A stretch of 64,000 nucleotides of DNA from a candidate division FCPU426 bacterium (GCA_040756875.1 JBFLYH010000003.1:96001-160000), one strand, 5' to 3'; shown: positions 27,795-37,223, counted from the first letter of the stretch. Numbers and translations are program-made. Notes: generated from the letters alone by a model not told the origin.

Positions 27795-29504
27795 TTACAT
27801 CGTTTGCGGGGCGCTGATGCCCAGTAGCGACAATCCGTTCTGCAGCACCTGACGAACGGCCTGCACCAGGGCCAGCCGGCTGCGGGAGGTTTCGGGATCG
27901 CCGGCGTCGAGTACGCGGCAGACCGTGTAGAAGCGGTGGAAAAGAGTCGCCAGGTCGCGCAGGTAAAACGCCAGGCCGTGCGGCTCCAGCGCGACGGCGC
28001 AGGCGGCCAGCGTCTCCGGGAAGGCGGCCAGCTCCCGGGCCAGGGCCAGTTCCTCGGCTGCAGGCGCGTGCCCCGCGAGCGCGGCCTGGTCCACGGCCGG
28101 CGCGGCCAGATTTTCGTCCGCCGCCTTGCTGAGTATACTACAAATCCTCGCGTAAGCATACTGCACATAATAGACGGGGTTGTCCTCGGTGTGCTTGCGC
28201 GCCAGGTCCAGGTCGAAATCCAGGTGGGCCGAGGTGGCGCGCATCAGGAAAAAGAAGCGGGCCACGTCCCGCCCCACCTCGCGCACCAGATCGGCCATGG
28301 TCACGAACTTGCCCGCGCGCTTGGACATGGCCACCGGCTGCCCGGCCTCAAACAGGTTCACCTGCTGGGCGATCAGCACGCGGAAAGCCTCCGGCGGATG
28401 GCCGAGGGCCTGCATGGCCGCTTTCATGCGCGGGATGTAGCCGTGGTGGTCCGGGCCCCAGATGTCCACCAGTTCGGCGTAGCCGCGGGCGTACTTATGG
28501 ACATGGTAGGCGATGTCCGTGGCCAGGTAGGTGAACGAACCGTCGCTTTTTTTCACCACCCGGTCCTTGTCGTCGCCGAAGGCCGTGGAACGGAACCACA
28601 GGGCCCCGTCCTGTTCGAAGAGGTGGCCCCGCGCCTGCAGGTCTTCGATCACCTCGCCGAACGTCCGGATGCCCGAGCCGTCCGGAGGGGTCACCAGGTG
28701 CTGTTCGCGGAACCAGGCGTCGAATTGGACCTCGAAGCTTTGCAGGTCGCGCTGGTGCCAGCCGACGATTTTGGAGATGCCCTGCTCCCGGAACAGCGCC
28801 AAGAGCCGCGCCTGCGGATTTTGGCCCGCCCGCGCGGCCTGGATCGCATCCGCCTGCTCGCGGGCGATCTCCCCCGCCAGTTCGGCGACGTACTCGCCCT
28901 GATAGCCTTCTTCCGGCACCTCGGCCGCCTCGCCCAGGGACTGGCGGTAGCGCGCCAGCAGGGACGCGCCCAGCAGCTGCGCCTGGTTGCCCGCGTCGTT
29001 GACGTAATATTCCGTCGCCACGTCCACGCCCTGGCTGCGCAGGATGCGCGCCAGCGAATCCCCGACCGCCGCGGCCCGGGCGGAGACGATGTTCAGGGGG
29101 CCGGTCGGATTGGCGGAAACGAACTCCAAGAGCAGGCGGCGTCCGCGTCCGGCGTCCGAACGGCCGTAGTCCGCGCCCAGCCGGCGGATGTGGTCGCACT
29201 CCGCCATGAGCACGCGGGGCGAGAGCCTCAGGTTGACAAACCCGGGCTTGACGCCTTCGGCGGATTCGATGTCCGGGTCCTGCCGCAGGAGGTCGGCCGC
29301 GGCCTGGGCCACGACCAGGGGCGGCTTTTTGGTCTGCTTGGCGTACCGCATGGCGAAGTTGCAGGAGAAATCGCCGAAAGCCGGATTGGCGGGGCGCTCC
29401 ACTTCAGGCCGGATATCCAGCCCGGCCGGAATCGCGCCGTCCGCTTCCAGGCGGGCGACGGTATTTTTGATTTTTTCCACGACCTGGTCGGCCAAATAGT
29501 TCAC
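27795..29504 (-). CDS. argS: Arginine--tRNA ligase
   Basis: FGDFSCN, EFVSANPTGPL, EYYVNDAGNQ, WGPDHHGY, MSKRAG and NPVYYVQYAYARI motifs. Confidence 0.97.
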   Translation of the reverse strand: MNYLADQVVEKIKNTVARLEADGAIPAGLDIRPEVERPANPAFGDFSCNFAMRYAKQTKKPPLVVAQAAADLLRQDPDIESAEGVKPGFVNLRLSPRVLMAECDHIRRLGADYGRSDAGRGRRLLLEFVSANPTGPLNIVSARAAAVGDSLARILRSQGVDVATEYYVNDAGNQAQLLGASLLARYRQSLGEAAEVPEEGYQGEYVAELAGEIAREQADAIQAARAGQNPQARLLALFREQGISKIVGWHQRDLQSFEVQFDAWFREQHLVTPPDGSGIRTFGEVIEDLQARGHLFEQDGALWFRSTAFGDDKDRVVKKSDGSFTYLATDIAYHVHKYARGYAELVDIWGPDHHGYIPRMKAAMQALGHPPEAFRVLIAQQVNLFEAGQPVAMSKRAGKFVTMADLVREVGRDVARFFFLMRATSAHLDFDLDLARKHTEDNPVYYVQYAYARICSILSKAADENLAAPAVDQAALAGHAPAAEELALARELAAFPETLAACAVALEPHGLAFYLRDLATLFHRFYTVCRVLDAGDPETSRSRLALVQAVRQVLQNGLSLLGISAPQTM

Positions 29505-29538
29505 TGCGACTGATCCTCGTTTCCCTCGCCATTCTTCG

Positions 29539-29566
29539 GTAGGGGCGTTTAATTAAACGCCCCTAC
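29539..29566. repeat. GTAG-type REP-like palindrome
   Basis: GTAGGGGCGTTT-AATT-AAACGCCCCTAC between the LCP gene and argS. Confidence 0.7.
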
Positions 29567-29582
29567 TCCGGGCGGAGAATTT

Positions 29583-30977
29583 TCATTTTAAATATTCCTG
29601 GTAATCGCCGCCGATCACGAGCGTGACCGAGGGATAGGCGATGTTTTTCGGGATCACCTGGATGCTGTCCTCGCCGAGCCCCAGGATTGTAGCAATTCGC
29701 CGGGCCCAGGGCAAGTTTTCCTGCCTGGTTTTGATAACCGTGCGGGCGAAATCAAAGGACGGCGCGTTGGTCACGTCGCTTTCGCGCGTGTGGATGTTTT
29801 TGGCCAGCAGCCGTTGCGTCACGCGGCTGGCCACGCCCTGCACCCCGCAGCCGTTGAGCACGCGGACCACGGGCTGGGGCCCGCTGGGCAATGGCGCCAG
29901 GCGCGGAGCCGGAGTGGGGGCCGGGGTCGGGGCGGGCGTGGGCAACTCGGCGGCGGGTTCAGCTTCGGAGGATCCGGCGGGTTCGGCTTTCGCGGCGGGA
30001 GCGTCCGTGGGCCGGGCTGCGGGTTCGGCCCGGCGCTTCGGCGGGTTCCCCAGTTCGGCCATCACCCGCCGCACTTCGACCGGATCGGACTCCCAATAAG
30101 AGCGCCCTTCCAGGTAAACCGCCCGGCCGGGCAGGATGGCCTGCCGCCAGGAACCGCCGGCCGCGGTTTTCAGCTCCCAGGCCAGAAACGTGGCCACCGG
30201 CCAGGTGAGGTTGGTCTCCACCTGTTTCATGAAAGTGAAAAACGCCCGGACTGTGCGGGGCAGGCGGGAGAAGCGGATCAACTGGCTGACACAGGCTTTC
30301 ATGAAATTCTGCTGCCGGCGGATGCGCCCCAGATCGCCCTCGCGGTCCTGGCGAAAGCGCACGTAATCCAGGGCCTGACGGCCGTCGAGCAGCTGATACC
30401 CCGGCTCCAGCTGGATGTTCACGCCGCCGGCCTGGTCCTGGTAGTGCATGGCCTTGTCCACGTACAGCGGGATCCCGCCCAGGGCGTCCACCACGCCGAT
30501 GAAATTGGTGTAGCGCAGATGCACGACATAATGCACCTTGACGCCGAGCAGGCTTTCCACGGCGGCGCGGGTCATGGCCAGGGCGTAGCGGCGCGTGCCC
30601 ACGGCGTTGCCGTAGGCGTAGACCGCGTTGATTTTCATGAGGCCGCGCTTGGGCAGGCGGATCAGCGTGTCGCGCGGGACCGAGAGCAGCGCCAGGCGGC
30701 GCGCCAGCGGCTTCCAGTGCATCAGCATGATGGTGTCCGTGTGCTTGGCGTAATCCACATCGTCCGTGCCCAGCACCAGAATATTCACGGATACGGTCGA
30801 AAGGTAGATCGCCCCGGCGGCCAGCAAGGCCAGCCCGGCCAGCCGCACCCCGGTCCGCCAGGCCGGATAATCCGACGCCTGGCTGTCAGCCGGCTGGTCC
30901 GGCACGCGCGCAGCCAGCCGCTGCTGGATGCGGCGGTTGCGTTGGAACCATTTGCGCGGCCGGTGGTGGAGCGGCAT
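29583..30977 (-). CDS. LCP (LytR-CpsA-Psr) family protein with C-terminal LytR_C domain
   Basis: Single TM; NILVLGTD, TDTIML, SVPRDT, KINAVY, YVRFR...GDLGRIRRQQ; C-terminal VRVLNGCGVQGVA...VTLVIGGDY. Start placed at MPLHH (30977). Confidence 0.9.
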   Translation of the reverse strand: MPLHHRPRKWFQRNRRIQQRLAARVPDQPADSQASDYPAWRTGVRLAGLALLAAGAIYLSTVSVNILVLGTDDVDYAKHTDTIMLMHWKPLARRLALLSVPRDTLIRLPKRGLMKINAVYAYGNAVGTRRYALAMTRAAVESLLGVKVHYVVHLRYTNFIGVVDALGGIPLYVDKAMHYQDQAGGVNIQLEPGYQLLDGRQALDYVRFRQDREGDLGRIRRQQNFMKACVSQLIRFSRLPRTVRAFFTFMKQVETNLTWPVATFLAWELKTAAGGSWRQAILPGRAVYLEGRSYWESDPVEVRRVMAELGNPPKRRAEPAARPTDAPAAKAEPAGSSEAEPAAELPTPAPTPAPTPAPRLAPLPSGPQPVVRVLNGCGVQGVASRVTQRLLAKNIHTRESDVTNAPSFDFARTVIKTRQENLPWARRIATILGLGEDSIQVIPKNIAYPSVTLVIGGDYQEYLK

Positions 30978-31159
30978 GGACACCCTTTCTTCCCGAAACC
31001 CGGCCGGATATGGAGGCCCGGGGTACCCATTCCTACCCTGCGTTTCTTGCAGGGTAGGCGGCGACATCCCCGCAGCAGAAGATCCGTATTCATCCCCGGC
31101 CATAGGCCGGGGTTTTCTGCGAAGGGGATAAAAAAATCCTCCGGCAGGAGGATGGCTTC

Positions 31160-31187
31160 ATTATAGTAAAGCCCATGAAAACTTCAA
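31160..31187 (-). promoter_or_regulatory. sigma70 promoter upstream of the LCP-argS genes
   Basis: TTGAAG (31187-31182) - 16 nt - TATAAT (31165-31160). Confidence 0.55.
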
Positions 31188-31266
31188 CCCTATTCCCTGG
31201 CCCCGCGCGCTGCCGGGGAAAATTCACGCTGCAATTCAGCGTTTTTCCGGCATTCCGACTTTTCGC

Positions 31267-31328
31267 TTGCATCCGGGGATTTACGCGGTAAAATCATTGT
31301 CAACCTTGGCCTGTCAAGAGGTGAACAT
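31267..31328 (+). promoter_or_regulatory. bio operon promoter with BirA-type operator
   Basis: TTGCAT (31267) - 16 nt - TAAAAT (31289), then TTGTCAACC-N14-GGTGAACAT (31297-31328), matching the TGTnAACC-N14-16-GGTTnACA BirA consensus. Confidence 0.75.
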
Positions 31329-31346
31329 TTCGGTTTGGAGGATTCC

Positions 31347-32372
31347 ATGACCATCAGCGCCGCCGTTCCCATCGGCCTGCATCCAAAGGTGCAGGCCGCA
31401 TACGATGTGCTGTCCGGCCGGCTCCTTGACCGCGACCTGGCCCTGAGCCTGGGCTGCCTGGAAGGCGCGGACATCCTCGACCTCGCCTCCCTCGCCCATA
31501 AAGTCAGGCTGGCTTTCGCGCCCCAGACCCGGCTGTGCACGATCCTGAACGCCAAATCCGGCGCCTGCTCGGAGGACTGCAAGTTCTGCGCCCAGTCCGG
31601 CCATCACTCGGCCGGCATCGAGGTCTATCCCCTGCTGTCTGAAAGCCGGATCCTCGAAGCCGCGGGTCAGGCCTACGACCAGGGCGTGCGCACTTTCGGC
31701 CTGGTCACCAGCGGCCGGGGCTGGGATCGCCTCTCGCCCGAAACGGAGACCGTGCTGGCCATGGTCCGGGCCCTGCGCGGCCGGTTTCCAGACCTGGAAA
31801 TCTGCGGTTCGTTCGGCATGCTGGGCGAGGACGTGGCGGCGGCCCTGGCCGCGGCCGGCGTCCGCCGTTACAATCTGAACCTGCAGGTGGCGCCCGGCCG
31901 CTACGCGGACCTGGTGTCATCCACCCACGCGGTTTCCGAACGCCTGGACACGATCAGGCTCCTGAAACGCCACGGCATCCAGACCTGCGTGGGCGGCATC
32001 ATCGGCCTGGGCGAAACCATGGCCGAGCGCATCGAACTGGCCCTGGCTCTGCGCGACCTGGACGTGGACGTGGTTCCCCTGAACGTGCTCCTGCCCCTGC
32101 CTGGCACGGCCCTGGAGCGCCAGCCGCCGGTGCCAATCGCGGACGTCGTCAAGACCTTCGCCCTTTTCCGCCTGCTCCTGCCCGGCAAGGTGATCAAGTT
32201 CGCGGCCGGCCGCGAAACCAAGCTCAAGGATTTCCAGGGCCTGCTGATGCTGTCCGGCGCGAGCGGTTTCTTGACCGGCGGGTATCTCACGACCCGTGGC
32301 CGCGACATCGCTGAGGACCAGGCCCTGGCGCGCGAACTGGCCGCGTTCGATAAAACCGGCAACCGCAATTGA
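31347..32372 (+). CDS. bioB: Biotin synthase
   Basis: NAKSGACSEDCKFCAQS, CVGGIIGLGET, VPLNVL and GGYLTTRGR motifs; GGAGG RBS. Confidence 0.95.
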   Translation: MTISAAVPIGLHPKVQAAYDVLSGRLLDRDLALSLGCLEGADILDLASLAHKVRLAFAPQTRLCTILNAKSGACSEDCKFCAQSGHHSAGIEVYPLLSESRILEAAGQAYDQGVRTFGLVTSGRGWDRLSPETETVLAMVRALRGRFPDLEICGSFGMLGEDVAAALAAAGVRRYNLNLQVAPGRYADLVSSTHAVSERLDTIRLLKRHGIQTCVGGIIGLGETMAERIELALALRDLDVDVVPLNVLLPLPGTALERQPPVPIADVVKTFALFRLLLPGKVIKFAAGRETKLKDFQGLLMLSGASGFLTGGYLTTRGRDIAEDQALARELAAFDKTGNRN

Positions 32373-32374
32373 TC

Positions 32375-32469
32375 CGCCACGAAGGACACGAAGGAAAGCC
32401 AAAGATAGTCCGGGGTTAAAAGCTTTAACCCCAATCCCTCTTCGTGTCAGCTTCGTTTTCTTCGTGGCG
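32375..32469. repeat. Intergenic nested inverted-repeat element (CCACGAAG..CACGAAG / CTTCGTG..CTTCGTGG type)
   Basis: CGCCACGAAG (32375) pairs with CTTCGTGGCG (32460-32469); internal hairpin GGGGTTAAA-AGC-TTTAACCCC. Confidence 0.55.
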
Positions 32470-32506
32470 ATATTTTTCAGGTCATGTTTCGACAGAGGAG
32501 ACGACC

Positions 32507-33889
32507 ATGTACGACAAAACCAAGACCCTGGACAGCGACCGCCGGCACCTGTGGCATCCGTACACGCAGATGCAGGATTACGCCGGGCGCGACCCGCTGG
32601 TCATCGTGCGCGCCGAAGGCCACAAACTTTTCGACGCCGACGGCCGGGAATATTTCGACACCCTTTCCTCCTGGTGGTGCAATCTCCTCGGCCACAACCA
32701 GCCGCGCCTCAACCAGGCCCTGATCGACCAGGTCGGCCGGCTGGAACACACGCTCTTCGCCGGCATCACGCACCCCTGGGCCGCCGAGGTGGCGGACCGC
32801 CTGAGCCGCCTGCTTCCGCCGGCTTTGGGCCGGTTTTTCTTCTCGGACAACGGCTCCACCGCCGTGGAAGTGGCGCTGAAGATGGCGTTCCAATACTGGC
32901 AGAACCGCGGGCAGCGCCGCAAAACCCGCTTCGTTTTCCTGGAGGATTCCTATCACGGCGACACGGTGGGCGCCATGAGCGTGGGCGGCATCGCGCTCTA
33001 CCACAAGCTCTACGCGCCCCTGCGCTTCAAATCCTTCCAGGCCCCGGCGCCGGCCTGCCTCCGCTGCCCCTACCGCCGCTCGCACTTCACCTATGACGCG
33101 CGCGACACGGGCTGCGGCCTGCAGTGCTTCGCGGGCATGGAGCGGATCCTGCGCGCGCAGCACCGCGACCTCGCGGCCGTGATCGTGGAGCCCCTGCTGC
33201 AGGGATCGGCCGGCATTTCCGTGTATCCGCCGGCCTACCTGGACCGCCTGCGGCAGCGCACCCGCGAACTGGACGTGCTCCTGGTTTGCGACGAGGTGGC
33301 CACGGGCTTCGGCCGCACGGGAACGCTGTTCGCCTTCCAGCAGACCCAGGCCGTGCCGGATTTCGTCTGCCTGTCCAAAAGCCTGACCGCGGGCTACCTG
33401 CCCCTGGCCCTCACCGCCACGCGCGAGGACATCTACCAGGCCTTCCTGGGCGACTACGCCTCCGGAAAAACTTTTTTCCACGGGCACACCTACACCGCCA
33501 ACCCCCTGGCCTGCGCCGTGGCCTGCGCGAACCTGGAACAGCTGGAAACGGACCGCCTGCCCGAAAGCCGGGCCAAAGTCGCGGAGTACTTCCGCAAGCG
33601 CCTGGCTGATTTCGAAGCCTTCGATTTCGTCGGCGACATCCGCCACCTCGGCTTCGTGGGCGCCGTGGACATCGTCAAAAGCCGGGCGGCCAAAAAAGCC
33701 TATGCCCCGCAAACCCGCATCGGCTTCAAAATTTATCTGGAGGGGCTGCAGCGCCAGGTGCTGCTGCGGCCGCTGGACAATACGATCTACTGGTTTCTGC
33801 CCCTCACCATCACGCCCGAGGAAATCGACCTGATTCTGGCCAACAGCCGCGAATCCATCCGCGCCGCCGTGGCCAACCTGGAGGCCTGA
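32507..33889 (+). CDS. bioA: Adenosylmethionine-8-amino-7-oxononanoate transaminase
   Basis: LWHPYTQM, SSWWCNLLGH, DNGSTAVEVALKMA, DEVATGFGRTG and FFHGHTYTANP motifs; GAGGAG RBS before ATG 32507. Confidence 0.96.
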   Translation: MYDKTKTLDSDRRHLWHPYTQMQDYAGRDPLVIVRAEGHKLFDADGREYFDTLSSWWCNLLGHNQPRLNQALIDQVGRLEHTLFAGITHPWAAEVADRLSRLLPPALGRFFFSDNGSTAVEVALKMAFQYWQNRGQRRKTRFVFLEDSYHGDTVGAMSVGGIALYHKLYAPLRFKSFQAPAPACLRCPYRRSHFTYDARDTGCGLQCFAGMERILRAQHRDLAAVIVEPLLQGSAGISVYPPAYLDRLRQRTRELDVLLVCDEVATGFGRTGTLFAFQQTQAVPDFVCLSKSLTAGYLPLALTATREDIYQAFLGDYASGKTFFHGHTYTANPLACAVACANLEQLETDRLPESRAKVAEYFRKRLADFEAFDFVGDIRHLGFVGAVDIVKSRAAKKAYAPQTRIGFKIYLEGLQRQVLLRPLDNTIYWFLPLTITPEEIDLILANSRESIRAAVANLEA

Positions 33890-33892
33890 AAC

Positions 33893-35071
33893 GTGCCCGC
33901 CTGGCCCGAACTGGCCGAGGAACTGAAGCAACTGGAGGCGGCCGGCGCGTTCCGTCGCCTGCGCGGCTTCGAACGCCGCGAAGGGCCTTATGTCTGGCTC
34001 GCAGGCCGGCGCCTGCTGAATCTCTCCTCCAACGATTATCTCGGCCTGGCCGGGGACCCCGAATGGCTGAGGGCCTTCCTGGCCCAGGCCGCGGACGCCG
34101 TTGACGTCGACCGTTCCGGCCTGGGCGCCACGGCCTCGCGCCTGCTGGCCGGCAACCATCCCGGCTACCAGAAGCTCGAGGAAAACCTGGCCCGCGCTTA
34201 CGGGCGCGAGGCCGCGCTGGTCGCCTCCTCCGGCTATCACGCCAACTGCGGGTTGCTGCCGGCGCTGGCCGGCCCCCAGGACGCGGTGTTTTCCGACCGG
34301 CTCAACCACGCCAGCCTGTGGGACGGCCTGCGCCTCTCCGGCGCGCAAAGCCACCGCTTCCGCCACCGCGATTACGGGCACCTGGAATCCCTGCTCGCGC
34401 GCCACCGCGGCCAGGCCCGGCGCGCCCTGATCGTGTCGGAAAGCGTGTTCAGCATGGACGGCGACCGCGCGGACCTGGACGCCCTGATCGCGCTCAAAAC
34501 GCGCTGGAACGCGCGCCTGATCCTGGACGAGGCGCACGCGGTGGGCGTGCTCGGCCCCACGGGCCTGGGGCTGGCCGAAGCGCAGGGCCGCATCGCGGAC
34601 GTGGACGTCCTGGTCGGCACGTTCGGCAAGGCCCTGGCCGGATTCGGCGCCTTCCTGGTGTCCGAGCGCGAACTGGCCGACTATCTTGTGAACAAAATGC
34701 GCACGCTGATTTTCACCACCGCGCTGCCGCCCCTGCAGGTGGCGTGGCTGGACTGGATGTGGTCGCGGCGCGGGGAGTGGGCCGGCCGCCGCGAACGCCT
34801 GGCCGCGCTGGCCGCCGGGCTGCGCCGGAGCCTGCAGGCCGAAGGGCTGGCGGTGCCCGGCGACACGCACATCGTGCCCGTGACGCTCGGCGAAAACGAG
34901 GCTGCGGTCCGGACCGCGGCCCTTCTGCAGGCCGAAGGCTTTTGGGTCCTGCCCATCCGGCCGCCGACCGTGCCGCAGGGTTCTGCCCGGGTGCGCCTGT
35001 CCCTGACCGCAGCCATGGACCCGGCTGACCTGGAGCGCGTGCCCGGGCTGATCCGCGCGGCGGCCGCATGA
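33893..35071 (+). CDS. bioF: 8-amino-7-oxononanoate synthase
   Basis: SSNDYLGL, SDRLNHASL, ESVFSMDGD, DEAHAVG, GTFGKA and IRPPTVP motifs. Confidence 0.95.
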   Translation: MPAWPELAEELKQLEAAGAFRRLRGFERREGPYVWLAGRRLLNLSSNDYLGLAGDPEWLRAFLAQAADAVDVDRSGLGATASRLLAGNHPGYQKLEENLARAYGREAALVASSGYHANCGLLPALAGPQDAVFSDRLNHASLWDGLRLSGAQSHRFRHRDYGHLESLLARHRGQARRALIVSESVFSMDGDRADLDALIALKTRWNARLILDEAHAVGVLGPTGLGLAEAQGRIADVDVLVGTFGKALAGFGAFLVSERELADYLVNKMRTLIFTTALPPLQVAWLDWMWSRRGEWAGRRERLAALAAGLRRSLQAEGLAVPGDTHIVPVTLGENEAAVRTAALLQAEGFWVLPIRPPTVPQGSARVRLSLTAAMDPADLERVPGLIRAAAA

Positions 35072-35748
35072 AGTCCCATTGGCTTTTTCAACAGGGCCGG
35101 CCCGAGCTGATTCTTTTTTTCAACGGCTGGGGCATGGACCCGCGGCCCCTGGGCCACCTGGCCTGCCGGGAGTACGACGTGCTGGAGCTGCACGGGTATG
35201 ATGCCCGCGACCTGCCGGCTTCGGCGCTCGCCGCCTGGCCGCGTTATGGCCGCATCCACGTGGCCGCCTGGTCCCTGGGCGTGTGGATGGCAGGCGCGGT
35301 CCGCGCCCAGCTTCCTTCCCACGCCCGCCTGGCCCTGGCCGTGAACGGCACCTTGCGGCCCGTGGACGGGCGTTACGGCATTGCGCCCGGCATTTTCCAG
35401 CAGACCCTGGAATCCTGGTCCCCTGAGGTGCGCGGGCAATTCTACGCCAATTGCTTCGACCGGCCCGAAGAAGCTGAACGCTTTTCGGCCTGCGCGCCGG
35501 AGCGGAGCGTCGAAGACCAGCAGCAGGAACTGGGCTGGCTGTGGTCCGGAATCCTGCGCGACCCCGAACCCGCCGCCGGCTTCGCGGCCGCGTTCATCGG
35601 CCGGCGGGATTTAATTTTCACGGCCAGGAACCAGCTCCGTTTCTGGCAGGACCGCTGTCCGCACCAGGCGCAGACATGCGGCCACTTCCCCTTTTTCGCC
35701 TGGTCAAGCTGGGAGGACGTGCTGAGGCTGACATGGACAAAACCCTGA
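35068..35748 (+). CDS. bioG: Pimeloyl-ACP methyl ester esterase, DUF452/BioG type
   Basis: LILFFNGWGMD, AWSLGVW nucleophile, AVNGT, D-LIF and GHFPF motifs; between bioF and bioC. Confidence 0.8.
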   Translation: MKSHWLFQQGRPELILFFNGWGMDPRPLGHLACREYDVLELHGYDARDLPASALAAWPRYGRIHVAAWSLGVWMAGAVRAQLPSHARLALAVNGTLRPVDGRYGIAPGIFQQTLESWSPEVRGQFYANCFDRPEEAERFSACAPERSVEDQQQELGWLWSGILRDPEPAAGFAAAFIGRRDLIFTARNQLRFWQDRCPHQAQTCGHFPFFAWSSWEDVLRLTWTKP

Positions 35749-36497
35749 TCCAAACCCGCTTTCGCCGCGCCCTGGACCACTATGACCAACACGCCGGCGT
35801 GCAGGCGGACGCGGCCAAGCGCCTGGTTGATTTAGTGCTGTCCCGGCTCGGCGCGGAGTTCCCGCGCGTGCTGGAGGTCGGCTGCGGCACCGGGCTGCTC
35901 ACGCGGCGCCTCATCGCCTCCCTGCGCATGCAGACTTTGTATGCGAATGACCTGGTCCCGGAATGCGGCCAGCGGCTCCCCGCGGTGCAGACGCCGCGTC
36001 TGGTTTTCCTTCCCGGCGACGCGGAGGCCGCGGCCGAGTGGCCGCCTGAACTGGACCTGGCCGTCTCGAACGCGGCGTTCCAATGGCTGCAAAACCCGGC
36101 GGCCCTGCTTGCGTCCCTGGCCGCGGCCCTGCGGCCCGGCGCCGGCCTGGCGTTCGCGGTTTTCGGTCCCGGGCACTGCCGCGAACTGCGCGACACGCTC
36201 GGCGTGGGCCTGGATTACCTCGGCCCGGCGCAGTGGCAGGAGCTGGCCGGGCGCGATTTCGAGTTCCTGTTCGCCGAAGAAGAGGAGCGCGCCCTCGTCT
36301 TCACCGGGCCGCGGGAGGTGCTCCGCCACCTGCGGGGCCTGGGCGCCACCGGCCTGGCCGGCTGGCGCTGGCGCAAGGAAAGCCTGCGCGCCTGGGAAAC
36401 CGAATACCGCCGGGCCCATGCGGCGCCCGGCGGGGTGCGCCTCAGCCAGCGCATCCTGTATCTGGTTTTCAAGAAACGCGGGGGGCTGGCGGCATGA
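35733..36497 (+). CDS. bioC: Malonyl-ACP O-methyltransferase
   Basis: RFRRALDHYDQHAGVQ, VLEVGCGTG and SNAAFQW motifs; start MDKTL at 35733. Confidence 0.9.
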   Translation: MDKTLIQTRFRRALDHYDQHAGVQADAAKRLVDLVLSRLGAEFPRVLEVGCGTGLLTRRLIASLRMQTLYANDLVPECGQRLPAVQTPRLVFLPGDAEAAAEWPPELDLAVSNAAFQWLQNPAALLASLAAALRPGAGLAFAVFGPGHCRELRDTLGVGLDYLGPAQWQELAGRDFEFLFAEEEERALVFTGPREVLRHLRGLGATGLAGWRWRKESLRAWETEYRRAHAAPGGVRLSQRILYLVFKKRGGLAA

Positions 36498-37174
36498 ACA
36501 TCGTCTTTGTCACGGGCATCGACACGGGCGTGGGCAAAACCGTGGTCACCGGTTTGTGGGCCCGCCGCCTGCTGGGCCAGGGCCGGCGCGTGCTCACCGC
36601 CAAACTGGTCCAGACCGGCGCCGCGCCGGGCGAAGTGGCCGAGGACATCCGCACGCACCGCCGCCTGATGGGCTTGCCGCTGTTGCCCTGCGACGAGCAG
36701 GGCTGGACCTGCCCGTATGTTTTCCGCTTCCCGGCTTCGCCGCACCTGGCCGGCCGCCTGGAAAACCGCAGCGTGGAGCCCGGAGTCCTGGACCGGTCCT
36801 GGCAGCGGCTCGCGGACCAGTGCGACTGGCTGCTGCTCGAGGGCGCGGGCGGGCTCGAAGTCCCGCTGCGAGGGGACCTGACGATTCTGGATTACGTGGC
36901 TGACCGCGGGTTCCCTGTCCTGGTGGTGACCGGCCCCCGCCTGGGCAGCCTGAACCACACCCTCCTGACCGTGTACGCGCTCCAAACCCGCGGCTTACGG
37001 GTGCTGGGCCTGGCCTACAACCTGGCGCTGGCCGCCGAGCCGGAAATCACGGCAGATACGCGGGCTTTTTTCAGGCAGCGCTGGCCCGGCCTGCCGCTGT
37101 GGGACGTGCCGGCCTGCGACCCTGCCCTGCCGGAGGCAGTTGATCTCCGGCAGGTTCCTGACTGGCTCCCCTGA
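36494..37174 (+). CDS. bioD: Dethiobiotin synthase
   Basis: FVTGIDTGVGKT, KLVQTG, ASPHLA, LEGAGG and LGSLNHT motifs; ATGA overlap with bioC. Confidence 0.95.
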   Translation: MNIVFVTGIDTGVGKTVVTGLWARRLLGQGRRVLTAKLVQTGAAPGEVAEDIRTHRRLMGLPLLPCDEQGWTCPYVFRFPASPHLAGRLENRSVEPGVLDRSWQRLADQCDWLLLEGAGGLEVPLRGDLTILDYVADRGFPVLVVTGPRLGSLNHTLLTVYALQTRGLRVLGLAYNLALAAEPEITADTRAFFRQRWPGLPLWDVPACDPALPEAVDLRQVPDWLP

Positions 37175-37223
37175 ACCGCCCTCCTGACATGCTGATAACT
37201 ATAGTCGATCGCGTTGCGTGGAA

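Noticed and set aside
29505-29582. T-box leader for argS
   Set aside because: The gap is only ~78 nt, is occupied by a REP-like palindrome and has no T-box motif.
32477-34870. 797-aa minus-strand ORF and similar antisense ORFs over housekeeping genes
   Set aside because: High-GC shadow ORFs opposite clearly identified genes (bioA/bioF, argS, radA etc.).
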